Positions 21,397 to 30,577 of a DNA stretch of 64,000 nucleotides are shown in pieces. Within the stretch, counting starts at the first letter, position 1. Every line of letters begins with the position of its first letter. The DNA comes from a virus. A program made the translations under genes and the position numbers. The notes below the pieces were generated by a model that saw only the letters and a program-made list of their open reading frames with translations, was not told where the DNA came from and made no database searches. The stretch is from the IMG/VR virus record IMGVR_UViG_3300032291_002550, positions 436 through 64,435 of that record; one strand, written 5' to 3'.

Positions 21397-22122
21397 ATGA
21401 AAAAATCAGAACTAAAAGTATTGATTAAGGAAGAGATTAAGAAAGTCTTGAAGGAAGAAGCAAATGAATCAAACTCGTTGAGTTCTTCAAATCTAAAACC
21501 CGGGGATATTATTATATTTTCTCAGGATGCTACTCCAAAATGGAAACGTTTTATTAATGGATTGGTATCCGGGTTTTATATGTCGAATATTCAGCCTAAA
21601 GCCGGTGATAAATTTAAAGTAACCGACTATGAAACATCATGGTCAGTAGGAGATTATCCTTTACAAAATCTAAATAGACCTAATGAGTTTATTAAAGCTA
21701 CAAATGGTGAAGATCAAATATCAGCACCTAGATCATGGATAGATAGTTTAATTAATAAAGGAATAGTTAATGTTAATAAACAATCTTCTTTAAAAGAATG
21801 GAATTCAAATAATCCTTTTGATGTTATGGCATTAACTGATAAAGAAGATTTGCAAGATATTTCAACTATACAATCTTTCGTAGAATATCATCATTTACCA
21901 AAATTAATTATTGATATATGTAAATATGCTGCAGAAGAGTTAAATGTATATCCAATTAAAATTACTCAACAAGGAATGGTATTTCCTTCCAAAGGATTTA
22001 ATAAAGTTGAATTAGAATTTAAAAATAATGGCCAAATTAATCTTTATAAATTTATTGGACGTACTTTAGATTCAGCATATCCATTTGAATATAAAATTTT
22101 TAAAGATATGATAACTAAATAA
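21397..22122 (+). CDS. Hypothetical protein
   Basis: 241-aa ORF. Confidence 0.45.
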   Translation: MKKSELKVLIKEEIKKVLKEEANESNSLSSSNLKPGDIIIFSQDATPKWKRFINGLVSGFYMSNIQPKAGDKFKVTDYETSWSVGDYPLQNLNRPNEFIKATNGEDQISAPRSWIDSLINKGIVNVNKQSSLKEWNSNNPFDVMALTDKEDLQDISTIQSFVEYHHLPKLIIDICKYAAEELNVYPIKITQQGMVFPSKGFNKVELEFKNNGQINLYKFIGRTLDSAYPFEYKIFKDMITK

Positions 22123-22135
22123 TTAAAATAAAATT

Positions 22136-22157
22136 AGCCCGAAAGGGCTTTTTTTAT
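22136..22157 (+). terminator. Rho-independent terminator
   Basis: agcccgaaagggct followed by T8. Confidence 0.75.
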
Positions 22158-22216
22158 GTTCTACATTAGGTTCTTTGAAATAATATCTTTATATTAGATA
22201 AAAAATAAGTTATAAA

Positions 22217-23425
22217 ATGGATTTATCAAAAATCACAGCACCGAACCCAAACAGAAAGCCATTATTTATTCCTTCATTATCCGCAGGAGGAACAGCAGCT
22301 TCTTTAAAAAAGAATAGAGAAGTTGAACCCGGTTTAACAACTAGATTTTATGCGGAAGATTTCCCAGAAGAATTTCGCCACCCATACTTCTTAATTACAG
22401 CAGGACATTTTTATAAAAAGATGGATGCTCGTGTAACATTTGGATTAGAGAATGTATTTACATTTGGAGATTCAGGAGGTTTCCAGATTGCATCAGGAGC
22501 TATTAAATGGGATGTAGGTATTAGAGATCAGATACTAGCATTCTTAGAAGAAAATTCAGACGTAGCTGCAAATTTAGATATTCCACCTCGTATGTCATAT
22601 GAAGGTAAATTTCAAGAATCATTAGATTTTAGTTACGATAATTTTAAATACTTTGCTAGTAAGCAACAAGGTAAAACTAAATTCTTAAACGTACTTCAAG
22701 GAAATAATCCTAGTCAGTTTAATTTATGGTATGATACCGTAAAAGACTTTGATTTTAAAGGATGGTGTGTTGGAGGTAGTCGTAGATTAGTAGATTTTAT
22801 TTATACTATTGCTTTATTCTTAGAGAATCGTGAATTTGAAAATCCAAGAAATGAATTTATTCATATGTTAGGTATTTCTAAAGTATCTGATTTCTTTATA
22901 CTTGGAACTTATCAAGCTCTTTTAAATAAGCATTATGGAGGTAAGATTCAATTAATGACGGATAGTTCTTCACCGGGACAATTTCCAGTATATGGAGATA
23001 TTATTTTAGCTCCGAATTTTGGAACATTAAATTGGACGCAAATGCATGTTTCTAGAGATATTAAGTATACAGCTGAAAAACTAATGCCTGTTCTTTATCA
23101 TACACCGGTATCTAAAAATTTTACAATGGGCGTAGTTAATGATTATAAACAAGAATATTATGATAGAGCTACCATTCAAAATTTATTAGTATTTAATAAA
23201 GGTATGTATGATATTGCAGATTTTTGTTCTGGAGATGTAGAGTTATTACAAGGAATTGTTCCGAATGATATGCATATTATTCTTAAATCAATACATGAAA
23301 TGTTCGAACAACCAGATAATGCATATAAAATTTACGAGAAGTATAGACATTATTACGTAAATTATGGAGGAGATTGGGTTCCTAGTCAAAACAGAGAAAT
23401 ATTAAATAATTTCTTTGAAAATTAA
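22217..23425 (+). CDS. dpdA: DpdA-like transglycosylase (tRNA-guanine transglycosylase family; predicted to insert 7-deazaguanine into DNA)
   Basis: TGT catalytic signature FGDSGGFQ, a TIM-barrel-length protein (402 aa), and co-occurrence with folE, queD and queE. Confidence 0.75.
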   Translation: MDLSKITAPNPNRKPLFIPSLSAGGTAASLKKNREVEPGLTTRFYAEDFPEEFRHPYFLITAGHFYKKMDARVTFGLENVFTFGDSGGFQIASGAIKWDVGIRDQILAFLEENSDVAANLDIPPRMSYEGKFQESLDFSYDNFKYFASKQQGKTKFLNVLQGNNPSQFNLWYDTVKDFDFKGWCVGGSRRLVDFIYTIALFLENREFENPRNEFIHMLGISKVSDFFILGTYQALLNKHYGGKIQLMTDSSSPGQFPVYGDIILAPNFGTLNWTQMHVSRDIKYTAEKLMPVLYHTPVSKNFTMGVVNDYKQEYYDRATIQNLLVFNKGMYDIADFCSGDVELLQGIVPNDMHIILKSIHEMFEQPDNAYKIYEKYRHYYVNYGGDWVPSQNREILNNFFEN

Positions 23426-23462
23426 AATAAAATCATTATAATTAAGAAAATAAAAATAAGTT

Positions 23463-24179
23463 ATGCAAAAAGAAAAATTGGTATCGTTTATCAATCGCTA
23501 TTATTTAGCTGGTAATACTGATAGCGTTAAGTTAGTTGTAAAAGAAGGACAGTTATTATGTTCTTTTATTTCCGCAAATCAAAATGTAATTGGAGAAGTT
23601 ACATTACAATCCGTTGATATGGAAGATGCAGAATTGGCAGTATATACTACAAGTCAATTATTAAAAATGCTTTCTGTATTAGATGACTCAGTAGAGATTA
23701 AGTTTGTAAAAGTCGGAGATAAAGTATTCTCAATGATTGTTGAAGATAAAAATACATCAATCACTTATATGTTAGCAGATTTATCTGTTATTAAAGCAGT
23801 TCCGAAAGTAAAAACCCTTCCTCAATTTGATGTAAGCATTAACATTACTAAAGAATTCTCTGAGAAGTTTTTGAAAGCTAAGAATGGTATGCCAGAAGCA
23901 GAAAACTTTGCGGTAGTATCAGATGCAATATCATCAGAAATATTACTTAATTATTCAACAGTAAATACTAATAGAATTAAGTTTAGTGTAGAAGCAACAT
24001 CACATAATAAACTAAATGCTACATGTTTTTCTGCGAATATCTTTAAAGAAATCTTAACTGCAAATAAAGGAGCAGAATCAGGAATATTTGAAGTGTCTGG
24101 ACAAGGATTAGCTCGTGTAACCTTCACAGGTAAAGATTTTAACAGCATTTATTATTTAGTACAATTAAGCATTCAATAA
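23463..24179 (+). CDS. Sliding clamp (T4 gp45-like), tentative
   Basis: 238 aa and located immediately upstream of the clamp loader. The N-terminal pattern resembles gp45. Confidence 0.5.
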   Translation: MQKEKLVSFINRYYLAGNTDSVKLVVKEGQLLCSFISANQNVIGEVTLQSVDMEDAELAVYTTSQLLKMLSVLDDSVEIKFVKVGDKVFSMIVEDKNTSITYMLADLSVIKAVPKVKTLPQFDVSINITKEFSEKFLKAKNGMPEAENFAVVSDAISSEILLNYSTVNTNRIKFSVEATSHNKLNATCFSANIFKEILTANKGAESGIFEVSGQGLARVTFTGKDFNSIYYLVQLSIQ

Positions 24180-24188
24180 CATTATATT

Positions 24189-24491
24189 ATGATAAACACA
24201 GAAATTATAGCAGAAACAAATAGACTTAAAGAGTCTTTCTTAAAGAATATGAATATGAATGTGCCGGCTTATGTAATTGGACCTAAGCAGCATTTTAGAT
24301 TTGTAAATTGGGTTATTGATGAATCATTAGATTCAAATTATCGTTTAGTGACTGATATTACAGCATTAAATGCTAAACGTAGCGAATTAGAATCTTTCGA
24401 GCAATATAAAGCTAGATTAAAGATGCAAAAGTTGCTAATGAAATATAGATACATGTTCATAACTGATTTAGCTGCGAAAAATGTTAATTAA
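24189..24491 (+). CDS. Hypothetical protein
   Basis: 100-aa ORF between the clamp and clamp-loader genes. Confidence 0.4.
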   Translation: MINTEIIAETNRLKESFLKNMNMNVPAYVIGPKQHFRFVNWVIDESLDSNYRLVTDITALNAKRSELESFEQYKARLKMQKLLMKYRYMFITDLAAKNVN

Positions 24492-25422
24492 TAAATACGC
24501 TGAACATGATATTTGGTGTGAGGCCTATAGGCCCGTTACCATTAATGATTATATCGGTAATGAGCATATAAAAGAAAAGATCGGGCAATATCTTCAAAAA
24601 GAGGATATTCCTCATCTTTTGTTATATGGACCTCCAGGTACTGGTAAAACGAGCTGTGCTAAATTAATTACTAATACTTTTGGATTTGAAACTCTTTATA
24701 TTAATGCATCAGATGAAAACTCTGTTGATGTAATTAGAGATAAAATAAAATCTTTTGTAAGTACTATTAGTTTTAATAAGTTTAAAGTAGTTATTTTAGA
24801 TGAAAGTGATTATGTTACGATTAATGGTCAAGCCGCTCTTCGTAACTTAATGGAAACATTTAGTAAACATGCCCGTTTTATTCTTACTTGTAATTATGTA
24901 GATAGAATTATTCCTGCCATTCAAAGTAGATGTCAAGTATTTCAAATCATTCCTCCTAGCAAAAAAGAAGTTGCGGAAAGAGTAGTAAAGATTTTAAATA
25001 ACGAAAACATTATATATGATATTAAAGATATTGCAACATTAGTTAATGAAGGATATCCTGATATCAGGAAAGTTATTAATCTTTGTCAACAACATTCATC
25101 TAACGGAGAATTAACTATATCTAAAGGAATTGCAGAACGTGGGAGCTATGCAATGAAATGTATTGATATTCTTAAATCAGAAAAGAATCCTAAAGATTGC
25201 TTTACGAATATTAGACAAACAATTGCAGATGCTAAGATAAAAGATTTTGCGGATTTGTATAGATTAATGTATGATGAAATTGAATCATATGGAAGTGGTC
25301 ATATAGGGCCTATTATATTAATCATTGCTGAATATCAGTATAAGGACAGTTTTAGTGTTAATAAAGATATCAACGTAGCAGCAATGTTTGGACAAATCAT
25401 AGGCGAGATTAACAAAAAATAA
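24481..25422 (+). CDS. Clamp loader ATPase subunit (AAA+, T4 gp44/RFC-like)
   Basis: Walker A GPPGTGKTS, Walker B ILDESD, and the SRC motif IQSRCQVF. Confidence 0.85.
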   Translation: MLINKYAEHDIWCEAYRPVTINDYIGNEHIKEKIGQYLQKEDIPHLLLYGPPGTGKTSCAKLITNTFGFETLYINASDENSVDVIRDKIKSFVSTISFNKFKVVILDESDYVTINGQAALRNLMETFSKHARFILTCNYVDRIIPAIQSRCQVFQIIPPSKKEVAERVVKILNNENIIYDIKDIATLVNEGYPDIRKVINLCQQHSSNGELTISKGIAERGSYAMKCIDILKSEKNPKDCFTNIRQTIADAKIKDFADLYRLMYDEIESYGSGHIGPIILIIAEYQYKDSFSVNKDINVAAMFGQIIGEINKK

Positions 25423-25427
25423 GCGAT

Positions 25428-25727
25428 ATGGAAAATGTTACGAGAGTAAAATTTGAATTGGAAATAGCAGCTCAACGTTTAATTAGCGAGTATATGGTTA
25501 ATAATGAACATATCGAATCGGAACTTAACCAAGGTATAAAAGCTGCATTTGAAAAAATAGATATTGCCGCGACGATAGAAAAAGCAGTAACTGATTGTAT
25601 AATAACAGCAATTAAACAATCATCGGATTATGGAGCTATTAGAAATGCTGTTAAAGAAAAAACGGATAAAATAGTTGAGCATTATATTGATGCTGCTGTT
25701 AATAAATTTAAAACAGATTATAATTAA
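25428..25727 (+). CDS. Hypothetical protein (positional candidate for the clamp-loader small subunit)
   Basis: 99 aa, immediately downstream of the clamp loader ATPase. Confidence 0.35.
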   Translation: MENVTRVKFELEIAAQRLISEYMVNNEHIESELNQGIKAAFEKIDIAATIEKAVTDCIITAIKQSSDYGAIRNAVKEKTDKIVEHYIDAAVNKFKTDYN

Positions 25728-25739
25728 AAAATAAAAGAT

Positions 25740-25961
25740 ATGGAAAATTTAAATATAAAACTATCAGATCAACCAACTATGAAGTGCGGTTCTTTAGATG
25801 AAGAAGGAAATTTATGTGAGAATGCTACATTCTTTCCGGTAATGTTCTTTAAAGAATTATCACCTATGATGTCTCCGTCAGGAAAAGAAGAACTTATTCC
25901 TGTAGAAACATATAGATGTACTGATTGCGGTTCTATTCCTAATAGATTTCCTCAACCATAA
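25740..25961 (+). CDS. Small zinc-ribbon protein
   Basis: Two CxxC-like pairs (C...C, CTDCGS). Confidence 0.4.
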   Translation: MENLNIKLSDQPTMKCGSLDEEGNLCENATFFPVMFFKELSPMMSPSGKEELIPVETYRCTDCGSIPNRFPQP

Positions 25962-26476
25962 TGGCTACACAAGATAAAAAAGTAACTGTTTTTGACATTG
26001 TTAAGATTATGACCACTACGGAAAGAACGTGGTCTGATCTTTCCGATGAAGAAAAGAATGTCGTAGAACCTTTCATGATTATCATGATTCTTTCGATGCA
26101 TCCTGATTTATTAGAGATATGTAATGAATTTCAACGTTATGCTATATCATCAGACTTATCTCCTAGGGAAGTATATACGTTCTTTAACGAGCTATTACCA
26201 AAGAGAAGTTATTATAGTACTTGGATAAAGGGAACGAAGGATAGTTCTTATAATGATCATCTAATTAGCTTAATCGCCCAAGAATATGAATGCTCGAAGA
26301 CCCAAGCATATGAATATTTAAATATCTTAACAGAATCTAATAATATAGAAGCAATTGTTAAAATAGTTTCTAAGTATGGATATACTGAAGCTCAAGTCGA
26401 AGCTATTATTTTAAATAAAACTATTCCAACAGCTAAACCAAAGAAAGTAGCTGCTAAAAAAACAAAATCAAAATGA
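25961..26476 (+). CDS. Hypothetical protein with a Lys-rich tail
   Basis: 171 aa, with C-terminal AKPKKVAAKKTKSK. Confidence 0.45.
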   Translation: MATQDKKVTVFDIVKIMTTTERTWSDLSDEEKNVVEPFMIIMILSMHPDLLEICNEFQRYAISSDLSPREVYTFFNELLPKRSYYSTWIKGTKDSSYNDHLISLIAQEYECSKTQAYEYLNILTESNNIEAIVKIVSKYGYTEAQVEAIILNKTIPTAKPKKVAAKKTKSK

Positions 26477-26739
26477 TAAACTATACATATATACTAGTAT
26501 TCTTTACAATGATGGCTACAGATTATTTCTGGGGCATTTATATTAAATCAATGTCTAAGCATCAAGCTATAAAAGCTTCGATATTCGGGGCATTTATTAT
26601 GTTATGCGGCGCATTTACAGCTATTAGTTATATAGAAAATCATTGGGCATTAATTCCAGCAACGATTGGTGGTATGATTGGTACATATATATCTGCTAAA
26701 TACGGTAACTTAGATAAAAATAATGGGCAAACAAACTAA
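26473..26739 (+). CDS. Small membrane protein
   Basis: 88 aa, hydrophobic. Confidence 0.4.
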   Translation: MINYTYILVFFTMMATDYFWGIYIKSMSKHQAIKASIFGAFIMLCGAFTAISYIENHWALIPATIGGMIGTYISAKYGNLDKNNGQTN

Positions 26740-26938
26740 AAAACATTCAATATTTGAAAGTATTACTAATACTATTATTGGACTTTTAACAACACTTATC
26801 TTTAGTCCACTTATATACGGTATAGTAGGAATAAAGTATACATTCAACCAATTAGGAATGGCGACAATATTATTTACTATATTATCAATAATACGTGGAT
26901 ATGTTGTAAGAAGATTCTTTAACAATAAAATAAAATAA
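26723..26938 (+). CDS. Small membrane protein
   Basis: 71 aa, hydrophobic. Confidence 0.4.
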   Translation: MGKQTKKHSIFESITNTIIGLLTTLIFSPLIYGIVGIKYTFNQLGMATILFTILSIIRGYVVRRFFNNKIK

Positions 26939-26940
26939 AA

Positions 26941-27252
26941 ATGACAACACCAAATAATAATTACGAGCACGTTAATCATCCTAAACATTATAATACATTC
27001 AGTAAAGAAGTAATTGATATGATGATAGATGTTTGGGGCATTGAAAAAACAATTGCATTTTGTGAAATGAATGCTTTTAAATATAAAATGCGTATGGGAG
27101 ATAAACCTGAACAACCATTAGAACAAGATGCTAAGAAAGCTTCATGGTATATTAATAAAGCAAAAGAATTAAAAGCTAAGTTAGAGATTATTGGAGTAAT
27201 AGAGCCTATTACGGAAGCAATAAAAGAAATTCATGTTAAGAGTCTTTCATAA
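26941..27252 (+). CDS. DUF3310-family phage protein
   Basis: VNHPKHYN...EVIDMM...FCEMNAFKYKMR pattern typical of DUF3310. Confidence 0.55.
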   Translation: MTTPNNNYEHVNHPKHYNTFSKEVIDMMIDVWGIEKTIAFCEMNAFKYKMRMGDKPEQPLEQDAKKASWYINKAKELKAKLEIIGVIEPITEAIKEIHVKSLS

Positions 27253-27254
27253 TA

Positions 27255-27971
27255 ATGAAGTATAGCACAGTAATAATATCAGACTTACATTTAGGAAGTA
27301 AAGCTTCTAGAAGAGATGACATACTAGAATTCTTAGATAAATTATCTACAGACACATTAATACTAAACGGAGATATTGTTGATGGGTGGTCTTTGCAAAG
27401 AGGAAGTAAATGGACTAAAAAAGATACTAAAATACTTAGAAGATTATTAAAGATATCTGAATCAGGGACTGATGTTATTTGGATTAGAGGTAATCATGAT
27501 GAATTTTTAAAAGAATTTATTCCATTTGATTTAGGAAATATTAAGATTGTTGAAGATTATATTCATCAATACGGTAAGACACGTTATTATATTTTTCATG
27601 GAGATGTATTAGATGTGTTTATTACAAAAGTAAAGTGGCTGGCTTATATTGGTTCTATTGGGTATGATATTGCTTTATGGATTAATCGTTGGTATAATCG
27701 TTGGAGAGTATGGAGAAAATTACCATACTATTCAATATCTAAGGATATTAAAAATGGTATTAAGAAAGCTACAAACTTTATAAATGACTTTGAAATAAAT
27801 GCTATTAAGTTAGCAAAGCAAAAAGGATGTAACGTAGCAATATGCGGCCATATTCATCAGCCATCTTTAAAGGATGGATATATGAATTCTGGAGATTGGT
27901 GTGAAAATTGTACAGCATTAGTAGAAACAAAAGACGGTAAATGGAAATTAATAGATTATCATAATAAATAA
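27255..27971 (+). CDS. Calcineurin-like metallophosphoesterase
   Basis: DLHLG, GNHDE and GHIHQP metal-ligand motifs. Confidence 0.75.
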   Translation: MKYSTVIISDLHLGSKASRRDDILEFLDKLSTDTLILNGDIVDGWSLQRGSKWTKKDTKILRRLLKISESGTDVIWIRGNHDEFLKEFIPFDLGNIKIVEDYIHQYGKTRYYIFHGDVLDVFITKVKWLAYIGSIGYDIALWINRWYNRWRVWRKLPYYSISKDIKNGIKKATNFINDFEINAIKLAKQKGCNVAICGHIHQPSLKDGYMNSGDWCENCTALVETKDGKWKLIDYHNK

Positions 27972-27972
27972 T

Positions 27973-28434
27973 ATGGAATTAATAAGCACGCATATATGTA
28001 AAGCATCAGATATTGGTATTCATAACAATATGTTCGGTGGTACATTAGTTGGATGGGTAGATGAAGCATCTGCAGTATATTCTGCACAAATTTGTGATAC
28101 GCCAAGAATGATTACTATTAAAGTAGATGAATTTATATTTAAGAAGCCTATAAAGTTGGGCAATATTATAAAGATTTATGGAAAAGTATCAGAATTCGGA
28201 AATACTTCTATAACATTATATATCGAAGCCAGAAAACATAATGTATATACAGGCATTCAAGAAGTCGTAACGCATACAAAAATGAAATTTGTGCGGATTG
28301 ACGATGAAGGAAATCCAATTCGTATATCTAATCGAGTAAAACAACGTTATCATAAAAGATTAAAGCAGTTCGGAAAAGGACTACTTTCTACAGAAGAACG
28401 ATTATTAGAAGAAGTTTCAGAGAAATCTAATTAA
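27973..28434 (+). CDS. Hotdog-fold acyl-CoA thioesterase
   Basis: MFGGTLVGWVDEASAVYS core typical of YbgC/4HBT thioesterases. Confidence 0.65.
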   Translation: MELISTHICKASDIGIHNNMFGGTLVGWVDEASAVYSAQICDTPRMITIKVDEFIFKKPIKLGNIIKIYGKVSEFGNTSITLYIEARKHNVYTGIQEVVTHTKMKFVRIDDEGNPIRISNRVKQRYHKRLKQFGKGLLSTEERLLEEVSEKSN

Positions 28435-28441
28435 ATGAATA

Positions 28442-28471
28442 GTAAGGAGTTAGTGAACCTAACTCCTTACA
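28442..28471 (+). other. Perfect 12-bp stem hairpin with a 6-nt loop and no T-tract
   Basis: gtaaggagttag-tgaacc-ctaactccttac. Confidence 0.6.
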
Positions 28472-28506
28472 TACTGAATATCAATACATTAAAATTATAA
28501 TAAAAT

Positions 28507-28550
28507 TTGGAAATATGAAATGTATTCCTTATCTTTAAGTATATTAAAAA
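28507..28550 (+). promoter_or_regulatory. Conserved intergenic element, copy 2
   Basis: ttggaaatatgaaatgtattccttatctttaagtatattaaaaaa. Mini-ORF MKCIPYL*. Confidence 0.6.
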
Positions 28551-28552
28551 AG

Positions 28553-28843
28553 ATGGCAAAGAAGATTAAAGAAGAAGCTATACCTAAAAAATCACTTAAA
28601 AAAGAAGTATCATATACAGATGATGAAGGAACAGATACTTGGATTTATAATGATAAAGGGCATCTTATTGAAGTAAAACTAGATTGGAATAAAGCATTTC
28701 TTAAAAAATATAAAGCAGATATCGAATATCAAGAATCATTACCTAAATCTAAAAGGCAATATCTTAATCCGGAAAATGGTAAGTTTGTTGGATATGCTCG
28801 AGCAAAAGCTTTAGGATTTTTTGAAGATGAAGATGATGAATAA
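28553..28843 (+). CDS. Hypothetical protein. Start corrected to the ATG downstream of the conserved element
   Basis: The track ORF begins inside the conserved element (MYSLSLSI). The ATG at 28553 (MAKKIKEE) follows the element, as at the other copies. Confidence 0.5.
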   Translation: MAKKIKEEAIPKKSLKKEVSYTDDEGTDTWIYNDKGHLIEVKLDWNKAFLKKYKADIEYQESLPKSKRQYLNPENGKFVGYARAKALGFFEDEDDE

Positions 28844-28862
28844 TAAAAATATTAAATAAATC

Positions 28863-29540
28863 ATGAAAAGAACATTATATTCGCGCGCGACCACAGGAAA
28901 GGTTTTAGAATGGACTATTGAAGTCGAATCTAATAAATATCGTACAATATCCGGTTATATAGACGGAGTAAAAACAACATCAGAATGGACTGTTTGCGAG
29001 CCTAAAAATATAGGAAGAGCAAATGCTACGACAGCAGAAGAACAAGCTATTAATGAATCAACAGCTATTCATCGTAAGAAAATGGAAAAGGGCGCATTTG
29101 AAAATATTAATGATATTGATACACCTATTTATTTCGAGCCAATGTTAGCTGCTAAATGGGAAGATTATAAAAATAAAATAGCATTTCCAGCATATTCTCA
29201 ACCGAAGTTAGATGGCTGTTTAAGTTATGATACGTTAATTAATACTGATAAAGGTAAGTTGATGATCGGAGATATTATTAATAATAATATCGATTGTTTA
29301 GTAGATACATATAATACCAATACCAATTTAATTGAACGTAAGAAAATTTTAAATAGAATGAAAAATGGTATTGATATTAATGAACAGCAACAAACTCAAT
29401 GGTATGAAATCGAAGTGGAAGATGGTCGAAAAATTAAAATTACCGGCAACCATCGAGTATATCTTCCGAAGTTACGGTGTTGGAGACGAGTAGATGAGTT
29501 AAATGAAAATGATATATTATTAAACTATTTTAAAAAATAA
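28863..29540 (+). CDS. lig: ATP-dependent DNA ligase, N-terminal fragment (N-extein through motif I KLDG) fused to the N-terminal half of a split intein
   Basis: Motif I PKLDG is followed directly by intein block A CLSYDTLI and block B ITGNHRVY. The ORF terminates after the intein-N region. Confidence 0.8.
   Translation: MKRTLYSRATTGKVLEWTIEVESNKYRTISGYIDGVKTTSEWTVCEPKNIGRANATTAEEQAINESTAIHRKKMEKGAFENINDIDTPIYFEPMLAAKWEDYKNKIAFPAYSQPKLDGCLSYDTLINTDKGKLMIGDIINNNIDCLVDTYNTNTNLIERKKILNRMKNGIDINEQQQTQWYEIEVEDGRKIKITGNHRVYLPKLRCWRRVDELNENDILLNYFKK
29217..29537 (+). mobile_element. Split intein N-terminal half (IntN, ~107 aa)
   Basis: Starts with Cys (CLSYDT) immediately after the ligase KLDG. 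Contains the TxxH block B (TGNH). Confidence 0.75.
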
Positions 29541-29589
29541 CCATCAACTTTTTGGTGTAATATAATAATTATAATAAATAAAGATTTAT

Positions 29590-30504
29590 ATGACACCTAT
29601 AGAAAAGTTACAACAGATAGAACTGAATACAGCAATTTTAAATTACCACGGTAATGATCATACAAGAAGAAAGTACATACGTGATATTATTACTGCTGAA
29701 TTACTTAAGTATTTAGTAATTGATAAAAAATATCCATCTAATTACATCGGAACATTGATTTCTGATATCATCGGTATACGAATAGATGCAGGATATATAA
29801 TTCATAGATGTAAAGAATTAAATATTAAAACATTTTCAATTAAAGAATCTGCTAACTTAAAATCAACAAAAGTAAGAAAGGCAGAAACATGTATAAAGAA
29901 ATATGGGTCATCAAATCCGTTAGGAAAACAAAGCCCGATATATAAAAAGCGCAATCAAACAGTCCAAGAAAAGTATGGTGTATCAAATGTATTTCAACTA
30001 GACTCTGTTAAAATGAAAACAAAAGATACGATGATAAAAAAGTATGGTGTATCAAATCCAGTATATATGGAAAACTATAAACGAAATTGTGGGCGTCGTA
30101 GTAAAATACATACTACAATAGAAACTCTCTTAATTGACTTAAATATACAATTTGAATCAGAAAAAAGAAATATGTTTTCTGCATTTAATAAATACTATAA
30201 TAAAATATATTCGCCTCAAGTAGACATCCTATTGAATGATTATAATATAGTAATAGAAATAAATGGAGATTTATGGCACGCAAATCCTAAAAAATATAAA
30301 GCAACTGACTTAATACCATTACGAATTGGACAGACTGAAGCCCAGATAATTTGGGCACGTGATGCTGCCAGAACAGAACAAATTAAATCATTCGGCTTCG
30401 AAGTAATTGAATTATGGGAGCATGATATTAAAACTAACTTAAGTATAATAAAAGAACAGTTATATGAAAAAATATATAAAAATAACAAAAATTACGAAGA
30501 TTGA
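29590..30504 (+). CDS. Homing endonuclease (HEG2) between the split-intein halves: KYGVSN repeats plus a C-terminal PD-(D/E)xK nuclease
   Basis: Repeats KKYGSSNP / EKYGVSNV / KKYGVSNP. C-terminal DILLNDYNIVIEINGDLWHANP resembles the nuclease core of HEG1 and HEG3. The 3' end overlaps the IntC ORF. Confidence 0.7.
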   Translation: MTPIEKLQQIELNTAILNYHGNDHTRRKYIRDIITAELLKYLVIDKKYPSNYIGTLISDIIGIRIDAGYIIHRCKELNIKTFSIKESANLKSTKVRKAETCIKKYGSSNPLGKQSPIYKKRNQTVQEKYGVSNVFQLDSVKMKTKDTMIKKYGVSNPVYMENYKRNCGRRSKIHTTIETLLIDLNIQFESEKRNMFSAFNKYYNKIYSPQVDILLNDYNIVIEINGDLWHANPKKYKATDLIPLRIGQTEAQIIWARDAARTEQIKSFGFEVIELWEHDIKTNLSIIKEQLYEKIYKNNKNYED

Positions 30505-30577
30505 TCCTGAAGTTAAATATGATCTTGAAATACAAGATAACCACAACTATTTTGCAAACGATATACTAGTGCATAAT
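30464..30577 (+). mobile_element. Split intein C-terminal half (IntC, 38 aa)
   Basis: Ends in block G NDILVHN, followed by the Cys+1 of the extein. Confidence 0.75.

Noticed and set aside
27255-27971. Metallophosphoesterase as the Mre11-like recombination nuclease (T4 gp47)
   Set aside because: At 238 aa it is too short. No adjacent Rad50/gp46-like ATPase is present. The motifs fit a generic calcineurin-like phosphoesterase.
28520-28552. Track ORF starts MYSLSLSI / MFSLSLSI (28520, 39194, 48331)
   Set aside because: These start codons lie inside the conserved intergenic element, so the same 'N-terminus' would be shared by unrelated genes. I preferred the first ATG downstream of the element.
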